Virus record (IMG/VR): IMGVR_UViG_3300042008_000003
Location: 1-64,000 of that record
DNA length: 64,000 bases
Direction: 5' to 3' (one strand)
Origin: a virus
Position 1 is the stretch's first letter; every line of letters begins with the position of its first letter. Positions 18,811-25,224 of this stretch are shown here, one piece after another. Position numbers and translations under genes: made by a program. The notes beneath the pieces were generated by a model. The model made no database searches. It worked only from the letters and a program-made list of their open reading frames with translations, and had not been told where the DNA came from.

Positions 18811-19356
18811 ATTCAGTCGTAAAGCTGAATCACGTAATAAAAGCCTTGGTGATATGGCACGACTCTATCGATTTCCATATGTTTGTCGGTAGGGTGCGAG
18901 CAAGGCTTAAGGTTCACATATTACAAAAGATGCTTAGGCTGAGTATGTGTGACGCTGCATAGGCAGTCTTGTTCAGCCAAGATTTCAGATAGCTTAGGTT
19001 ACTGATAGTGCCAGACTCCCGACATAGTTAATTCTATGGCTCCAGAGACCACTGGTTTAAAGAGGAGTCGAGTGAAGAACACATTCAATCTTGACGAAGA
19101 TTGTCTAATTCCCTTTAAGGGGCTTGAAGAATTCTGACGAGAGTTTAAAGTCTTCCCTTTGTGTGACGGGGAGCAATGACTTACGCAAGGCACTCTGGAT
19201 AGTACAGAGTAATCAGTAAAGAGAGAACTTGATTGGTACTGGTAGAAAGTTACCTAAACGAGCAGTCAAGAAGTGAGGCTGGTGATGTACAGGTGAAGCT
19301 GTGCGGAGTATCTTAGCTGATCAAGACATAAAACGAGGCGACTCTACGCGCCTATC
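18811..19356 (+). ncRNA. large structured ncRNA candidate (ROOL/GOLLD-like context)
   Basis: ORF-free on + strand; more than 12 helices, including long-range 18966-18983/19310-19327; directly upstream of tRNAs. Confidence 0.7.
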
Positions 19357-19401
19357 TCTTACATTGTTGGTAATCAATCCAACCCTTGCACCTATTTATA
19401 T

Positions 19402-19477
19402 TCCGAAGTAGCTCAGCAGGCAGAGCGGCAAACTGTTAATTTGCATGTCGGTGGATCGTACCCACCCTTCGGAGCCA
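19402..19477 (+). tRNA. tRNA-Asn(GTT)
   Basis: full cloverleaf TCCGAAG/CTTCGGA, anticodon loop CTGTTAA, encoded CCA. Confidence 0.92.
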
Positions 19478-19483
19478 ATTTAA

Positions 19484-19559
19484 GCCTTTGTACCGTATCG
19501 CTCAACGGATCAACCTTGTAAGTTGAAAGCAGTCAGTTGGACTCTGACCGAAGGCTCCA
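19484..19559 (+). tRNA. tRNA-Thr(TGT), non-canonical D/T loops
   Basis: GCCTTTG/CGAAGGC acceptor, TCAAC-CTTGTAA-GTTGA, T-loop TTGGACT, CCA. Confidence 0.82.
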
Positions 19560-19562
19560 AAT

Positions 19563-19639
19563 ATTCCCGTAATTCAATTGGATAGAATATCTGTCTTCTA
19601 AACAGAACGTTGCTGGATCGTACCCAGCCGGGAATACCA
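19563..19639 (+). tRNA. tRNA-Arg(TCT)
   Basis: ATTCCCG/CGGGAAT, TCTGT-CTTCTAA-ACAGA, CCA. Confidence 0.92.
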
Positions 19640-19708
19640 AACAAGCAGTAGGCTTGTAAGTGGCAACTTTGCCAAAACTGAAGATCCTGAATGGATCGGA
19701 GAAATAAA

Positions 19709-19996
19709 ATGATTAAATTTAAAAACGTTGAGCCAGAAAACCTTAACCATAAAGTTGAGTTTGTTGTACGTCCAGTAACTCGTTATATTGTTACCCGGTA
19801 CAGTAAGACCGAGACTACAGGAAACTCCGAAAATTGTGGGGAGTTTCCAAACGTTGGCCTAGCCAATCGTACAGCTCACGCCTTATCACTGGCTGAGCTT
19901 AAACACAACCCTTTTGACGAAGTTTATTACAAACTTTACAGTCACGATTATGACGAGCTTGAGTATCCAAACAATGGATACATTCAAGTTAGTTAA
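19709..19996 (+). CDS. hypothetical protein within tRNA region
   Basis: GGAG RBS before MIKF. Confidence 0.65.
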   Translation: MIKFKNVEPENLNHKVEFVVRPVTRYIVTRYSKTETTGNSENCGEFPNVGLANRTAHALSLAELKHNPFDEVYYKLYSHDYDELEYPNNGYIQVS

Positions 19997-20048
19997 AAGT
20001 TTCACCTACAATCACTAAGATTAAGTCTAAAAAGATTGTGGTATTCAC

Positions 20049-20184
20049 GCTGTCATTTTCCTCTCCTTACGACAGCACTTAAGATATTCTCTGTTCCTCC
20101 TCTCTCCTCACAGATAATATCTTCTGGCCTTGGATAGATTATAAGAGTCCTCTCCTTCTCGTATAATCTTCGCTAACAGGGCCA
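20049..20184. ncRNA. candidate sRNA: three tandem hairpins with CCUCUCCU (or AGGAGAGG) loops
   Basis: three unrelated stems sharing a TCCTCTCCT-type loop. Confidence 0.55.
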
Positions 20185-20274
20185 TTTCTTAAAATTCCTG
20201 TGACTGATTAGTTATTATTGCAAGTGGACTTGTCAGGAATTTTAAGAAATCATTTATTCATAGGAATATACATT

Positions 20275-20673
20275 ATGACTACCAAGAATAAAAATCCTAG
20301 TCCAGCGACAAGATTTGATGGTCCTAAATCAAACCGTAAAACCACTGGCGGTAACAGTAAACGCATCACTAAAAGCAAGCTTCGTATTCTAGAAGAACAA
20401 TTGCTTGAGATGAAAGATAAAGCTCTTGAGAATATCAAGAAGAGTATCAACGGCGAACAGATTGACACTGAACAGCTTGGTTCAAGTAAGTGGTTGGTTA
20501 ACAGCATCGTAACAGTGTCAAAATCAGCTAATGCTGAAGAAATTTCTTACAACAAGCTTAAGTTTGAAGTGAAGGATTCTCTGGAATCTGGTGAACAGAC
20601 TCCTTCTGAAATTAAAGCAGAATTAAAGCCTCGTTTGAGTCTAGTCTACACAGAGCCTGACCAAGACGAGTAA
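20275..20673 (+). CDS. hypothetical protein, possibly terminase small subunit
   Basis: AGGA RBS; basic N-terminus, helical core, acidic tail; upstream of terL. Function by analogy only. Confidence 0.4.
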   Translation: MTTKNKNPSPATRFDGPKSNRKTTGGNSKRITKSKLRILEEQLLEMKDKALENIKKSINGEQIDTEQLGSSKWLVNSIVTVSKSANAEEISYNKLKFEVKDSLESGEQTPSEIKAELKPRLSLVYTEPDQDE

Positions 20674-20752
20674 TTAACACGGCCTTGGTCTGTGTATCTG
20701 AGAACTTTGCCTAGTTCTTCGGACGCCCCTAACCAACAGGGGCAACTATTCT

Positions 20753-20841
20753 GCAACAGACGCCAGTATTAGTTTGCTGGCACTCGCCTCATAAGCGAGA
20801 GTCCTAGACCGTTGTGAGTGCAATTCTCACCTGTTGCCCCA
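20753..20841 (+). tRNA. atypical tRNA with CAT anticodon (Met/Ile2-like)
   Basis: GCAACAG/CTGTTGC acceptor, CTCGC-CTCATAA-GCGAG, GTGAG-TGCAATT-CTCAC, CCA; extended D-stem and 14-nt variable region. Confidence 0.7.
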
Positions 20842-20980
20842 ATTATACTCATAAAAATAATTGAGTATAAAGTTAAAAGACATAGATACTTACTCCTTTT
20901 ATTATCTATGTCCTATTTTCTCTCGTTATTGAGAGATGCAGAGGTAAGCTGATACTTACCAACTCAGGAAAGGTGACTTT

Positions 20981-21973
20981 GTGTATTACACAGACCCCCT
21001 TACTACTGAGCTTGTAATGCCTGTTGAAGATCCTATTGTTGTCAATACAGAAATCGGGGAGTTACATATCTCTGATCCTGTTGTTGTAATGGAACCCTCA
21101 ACAAAACAACACAAGCATAAAAATAAGAAACGACATAAAAGGAAAAAGAAAATGGCTAGCGTAGAAACTCCAACCTTCTTGGCAACTGGCGGTAATGAAG
21201 GTGCAGGTATTGGCGGGATTGGTGGTGTACTTGTAGGTGCCCTACTCGCTCGTGGTGGTTTGCTTGGTAATGATCGTGGTGTTGTAGGGGAAGGTTGTGT
21301 TACCCCAGCTACTTTCACTGCTGGTATTACTGGTGTCACTGATGCAATTCAAAACACTGAAGTTATGAGTTCTCTTGGTGATATTAAGGCAGCTATTCCA
21401 TTAGCTGAAGCACAAGTTCAATTGGCTCTGGCTGTAACTCAATCTGAACTTGCTGGTCAAATCAACACAGCTAATATTGCTAACTTGGTTGGTCAGGCTG
21501 CTATCAACAAAAATATAAGTGAAGCTATTGCTGCCTCACTTGCATCGCAAAACAACATCAACGTTAATGTGCTGCAAACTGGCACCGCAAACTTGATGGC
21601 AACAAAAGATGCACAATTTGCTCTGTCTAATATTGTTAAAGAAGATGGTGAGAAGACTCGTGCTCTCATTACTTCCAATCAGATTAGCGAGCTTCAACGT
21701 CTGGCTGCTGAACGTCAAGATGAGATTATTGAACTTCGCAATGGCTCTGCTCGTGATAGAGACCGCCATGGTATTGAAATCAATATGATCAACAATCAGA
21801 ACCAAAACCAAATGCAATTCCAACAACAAGCCCAAGCTCTTGTGAGTCTTGGTCACTGCTTGGCCGATGTAAGTCAACTTGCTCGTGCAACCAATACCAA
21901 CCTAATTGTTGGTAATACTGGTGCTGTTGCAACTGGCCCACAAACAGCCAACCCTGTGAACGTTAAAGCGTAA
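20981..21973 (+). CDS. Gly/Ala/Asn/Gln-rich coiled-coil protein (alternative start ATG 21152)
   Basis: long ORF, codon usage like the capsid genes; EDGEKTRALI motif. Confidence 0.75.
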   Translation: MYYTDPLTTELVMPVEDPIVVNTEIGELHISDPVVVMEPSTKQHKHKNKKRHKRKKKMASVETPTFLATGGNEGAGIGGIGGVLVGALLARGGLLGNDRGVVGEGCVTPATFTAGITGVTDAIQNTEVMSSLGDIKAAIPLAEAQVQLALAVTQSELAGQINTANIANLVGQAAINKNISEAIAASLASQNNINVNVLQTGTANLMATKDAQFALSNIVKEDGEKTRALITSNQISELQRLAAERQDEIIELRNGSARDRDRHGIEINMINNQNQNQMQFQQQAQALVSLGHCLADVSQLARATNTNLIVGNTGAVATGPQTANPVNVKA

Positions 21974-21983
21974 AAAGGATAAT

Positions 21984-22325
21984 ATGGCTGACGCATTTCA
22001 GATTCAAAGGATGTTAGAAAACCTGCAATCCCAAGTTAAAATGGTGGAAGCTTATGCTGCCCCCTACGTTAATAAGCTAGGAAACCCACAAAACGGAATA
22101 GAACCTCCCCAAGAGAGTACTATTAGCCAGGAGTCGGTAGTACAGCAAAGTAACGAACAGTTGTCAACAATTAATGATCTTCAAAATCTCCCTCTGCCAA
22201 AGCAGCAAGAGATGTTGTTGAAAATGTATGATGAGTTCGCTATCACAGATGATGGTAAGGCATTAGCCGCAAACTTTAGTAAGTTTGCAAGGTTTATCCA
22301 ATCTAAGGTTGCGAAGCAGTCATAG
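21984..22325 (+). CDS. Gln-rich hypothetical protein
   Basis: AAGGA RBS. Confidence 0.7.
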   Translation: MADAFQIQRMLENLQSQVKMVEAYAAPYVNKLGNPQNGIEPPQESTISQESVVQQSNEQLSTINDLQNLPLPKQQEMLLKMYDEFAITDDGKALAANFSKFARFIQSKVAKQS

Positions 22326-22508
22326 TATTCAAGTAGTGTTTTAGAATGCCTTCCACAAGAGGGCATTCTCTAAAGATTATTTATAGGGTCTAGACGACTC
22401 TTTTTCAAAGCAGACGAGGCTGCCTCACCAAAAGCCTGTGCTGTCTGTCTACAGGCTATAATACCTCAGAACAAGACACCTAAAATAAATACAATATAAG
22501 GTGTTGCA

Positions 22509-22772
22509 ATGTCAGATACAATTGCAGATGTTATCTTAGATAACGTGAGCTATCAAAATGTTAATCTTCTTTCAGGGATTCCTGTAGGAACTAAAGTTCT
22601 TTTACAGTTCAAGGGCAGCGGTAACGTAAGGGTGCAACTTAAACCCTTTCAACCAGCTAGTTCATCCCTTGATGGCTTACAGCTAATTACTGTAGAAATG
22701 TATATGATCGACCAAGGAGAGTCCATCATATGGGCTAAGGGCTCTGGTCGTCTTTGCGTACAGGTGGCTTGA
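22509..22772 (+). CDS. small beta-rich protein, probable partner of the downstream fibre
   Basis: AAGGTG RBS; adjacent to fibre gene. Confidence 0.65.
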   Translation: MSDTIADVILDNVSYQNVNLLSGIPVGTKVLLQFKGSGNVRVQLKPFQPASSSLDGLQLITVEMYMIDQGESIIWAKGSGRLCVQVA

Positions 22773-22773
22773 T

Positions 22774-23808
22774 ATGCCAGTACGTCCAATGTTTCCCGGT
22801 GAAGGAAATGGAACAAGCGCTGTAAATTCTGTGAATGGTGAGCAAGGTGATGTAATTATCACTGCTGAAGATGTCAACGCTCAGCCAATGTCTACGATAC
22901 TTACAGACATCGCTGCTATTACAATGCCAAATAACAGTTTGTTGATGGTAGATAACTCAGGTGAATTTACCGCAACATCTTGCATGCCTGCGGCTGTGGC
23001 TTGGTTATCATACACCACTGTTGACCAACAAAAAGATCATTTGGCATTAGCTGAAGTAGCAAGTTCTGGTGACTATAATGATTTGGTCAACAAACCTGCA
23101 TCAGTTAGTGTACCGACTAAGACTAGTGATCTGACTAATGACAGTGGATTTATCACTGCTGGTGCCATTCCTGCCCAAGTTAACTCTGATTGGAACAGTA
23201 CATCAGGTAAGAGTCAAATTCTCAATAAGCCTATTTTGTTTTCAGGCTCTTATGCTGACTTGACAGGAAAACCTACACTATTTAGTGGTAGTTACTCTGA
23301 TCTTACAAACAAACCTACGATTCCTTCGGTCAATTACCCAGTTACATCGGTAAATGCAAAGGTAGGCGCTGTAGTATTGACTAACGCTGATGTTGGTGCA
23401 GCAGCTTCTGTTCACACTCATACAATCAGTGACATTACTGGTCTACAAAGTTCTCTTGACAGTAAAGCTAGTACAGCCTCTCTGTCAGGCTATGCGACCA
23501 CAGGCGCTTTAGCTACTGCAACCACAGGTTTGAGGAAAGTTGAGACTTTCCTTGGCACAACTGACGCCAGCGGGAACCTTACAATTACATTTGCAAACAC
23601 TTACACAACACCACCAGATATTCAGCCACAGATAATTGGCGGTACGTTCAATCAGTCTGTAAGAGTTGTATCGGTAAGTAATAGTGGTTGTGTGCTACAA
23701 GCCGCCCAGAGGAACTTGGTAACATTGCTTTCTATAGAAGTGTTATTGGGAGCTACAGTTAACCTTGTAGGTGCTTCTGTGACTGTTCAAGTTACACCAA
23801 GGACATAA
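22774..23808 (+). CDS. accessory virion fibre-like protein
   Basis: V.SVNG..G.V..T..DV repeats, SG.Y.DL..KP repeats, HTHTISDI.GL fibre motif. Confidence 0.7.
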   Translation: MPVRPMFPGEGNGTSAVNSVNGEQGDVIITAEDVNAQPMSTILTDIAAITMPNNSLLMVDNSGEFTATSCMPAAVAWLSYTTVDQQKDHLALAEVASSGDYNDLVNKPASVSVPTKTSDLTNDSGFITAGAIPAQVNSDWNSTSGKSQILNKPILFSGSYADLTGKPTLFSGSYSDLTNKPTIPSVNYPVTSVNAKVGAVVLTNADVGAAASVHTHTISDITGLQSSLDSKASTASLSGYATTGALATATTGLRKVETFLGTTDASGNLTITFANTYTTPPDIQPQIIGGTFNQSVRVVSVSNSGCVLQAAQRNLVTLLSIEVLLGATVNLVGASVTVQVTPRT

Positions 23809-23885
23809 TAGTTTTACAAATGACCTTTGAAATATAGGGTCATTCAATAAAACTGTAAAATAGTTAAAATAAATTAGAGAAATAC

Positions 23886-23914
23886 TTGACTTATTATAGT
23901 TGAATTGCTACACT
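23886..23914 (+). promoter_or_regulatory. sigma70-type promoter of HNH gene
   Basis: TTGACT-N17-TACACT with extended TG. Confidence 0.65.
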
Positions 23915-23945
23915 AACCCCTTATTTGTAAGTTAAGGGGTTTAAA

Positions 23946-24698
23946 ATGTTGCGTGATAATGAAAGGTGGGTGCCAGGCCTAGAGAGCAAGTATGCTGCTG
24001 ATACAGATGGGAATATTATTTCCTATATTAAGAAGCGAATTGTTATGGTCGGAGGTGTTCTCTATGACCGTAAACGTGGCTACAGAACTTATAGAATATT
24101 TACCTATAAAGTGTCAGGTAAGTCTAAGCTAGAGTACTTTCATAGGTGTATAGCTAAAGCATTCCTAGATAATCCTGAAAATAAGCCATACGTCAATCAT
24201 ATTGATGGGAACAAGCTGAACAATAGATTGTCAAATCTTGAATGGGCTACTCCTACAGAAAATGCACAACACGCTTGGGATACAGGTTTGATGCAAGGCG
24301 TTCTAGATTTCCACTCAAACTATGATGCATTTGTCCGCGCTGGCCTCCACCGCGAAAAAGTTATTGATAAGTACTTACAAACAGGCTTATGTGAAGATGG
24401 GATCACAAATTTCACGATAGAAAACTATTTGATGAGTTATGACTTCAAGAGAAACCACATCCCTCCTGAATTTGAGGGGACTAGTATTAAAAATGGTTCT
24501 TATCTGAATGAGTGGTATTTTAGGTTTGCTGTTATGTCTTTATTAGAGAATTCTAGCTATACACTAACGGAAATAAGTTCAAAGGTGAAGCTTGATCTTA
24601 CGATGGTGTCTAGAATCAAAAATAAAATTCGTTGGCAAGACTCTTGGGATGTCTACAATAAATATAAAAACAATACTTGGTATAATCCACTTATTTAA
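23946..24698 (+). CDS. HNH homing endonuclease
   Basis: HR.IA.AFL.NPENKPYVNHIDGNKLNN..SNLEW.T..EN..HA. Confidence 0.92.
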   Translation: MLRDNERWVPGLESKYAADTDGNIISYIKKRIVMVGGVLYDRKRGYRTYRIFTYKVSGKSKLEYFHRCIAKAFLDNPENKPYVNHIDGNKLNNRLSNLEWATPTENAQHAWDTGLMQGVLDFHSNYDAFVRAGLHREKVIDKYLQTGLCEDGITNFTIENYLMSYDFKRNHIPPEFEGTSIKNGSYLNEWYFRFAVMSLLENSSYTLTEISSKVKLDLTMVSRIKNKIRWQDSWDVYNKYKNNTWYNPLI

Positions 24699-24717
24699 TA
24701 TTTATTTTCACCAACTA

Positions 24718-24747
24718 TTGACAGGAAGCTTTAATTGGTGATACACT
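24718..24747 (+). promoter_or_regulatory. sigma70-type promoter
   Basis: TTGACA-N18-TACACT with extended TG. Confidence 0.55.
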
Positions 24748-24782
24748 CTCTTTTATGAATTGAACACAACAGGAGAGATTAA

Positions 24783-25127
24783 ATGAATGAGTACAAGATT
24801 CTTGTTACAGGTAATGATAGTATTGGCTATAACTTCATTAAGAATGTTGTTGAGCTAGCCAGTATGGGTGCTACCCTTGAAGATGGTAAAGTGCCAACAA
24901 TGCGCTTCCCTTTCTCAGCTTGGATGTATTTGAAGACTGATAAGCTTATGGAAAGTAAACCGGGATTTCAGTTTCAGATTATGCAAGAGAACTTTACTAA
25001 AGAACAGCTTGATGAACTAGAATGGTCAGAGTTCAAAGCTGTAGTCAAGAAGAAGCATGGTATTGGAGGTCGCGACCGTCAGGTTATGACTCAGCAGTAT
25101 TTGAAAGCAAGTGGTCAAGTAGAGTAA
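24783..25127 (+). CDS. hypothetical protein upstream of terminase
   Basis: AGGAGAG RBS. Confidence 0.7.
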   Translation: MNEYKILVTGNDSIGYNFIKNVVELASMGATLEDGKVPTMRFPFSAWMYLKTDKLMESKPGFQFQIMQENFTKEQLDELEWSEFKAVVKKKHGIGGRDRQVMTQQYLKASGQVE

Positions 25128-25137
25128 CGAAGTACAA

Positions 25138-25214
25138 TGAGAGCGAACGGATGGCCATCCCCGCTAACTGCCAACTCGGTTAGCTAGTTCTCACCCTATT
25201 TAATCTAGTTGGAG
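25138..25214 (+). promoter_or_regulatory. structured 5' leader (three-way junction plus RBS pseudoknot)
   Basis: TGAGAGC/GTTCTCA and GCTAACTG/CGGTTAGC stems; loop CCAACT complementary to AGTTGG at the RBS. Confidence 0.55.
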
Positions 25215-25224
25215 ATACAAAAGT

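Noticed and set aside
18999-19193. 64-aa minus-strand ORF
   Set aside because: No clear RBS, atypical composition, and antisense to the structured RNA
18811-19356. tmRNA, RNase P RNA or self-splicing intron identity
   Set aside because: No tRNA-like ends with TTCRA loop and CCA, no GAGGAAAGTCC, no interrupted gene; judged by eye, cmscan still needed
20041-20260. CRISPR mini-array or tandem repeat
   Set aside because: Only 8-10 nt loop motifs recur; no constant repeat-spacer periodicity and no cas genes
20218-20274. TTG-started extension of the 20275 gene
   Set aside because: Runs through the 17-bp inverted repeat; ATG 20275 has the RBS
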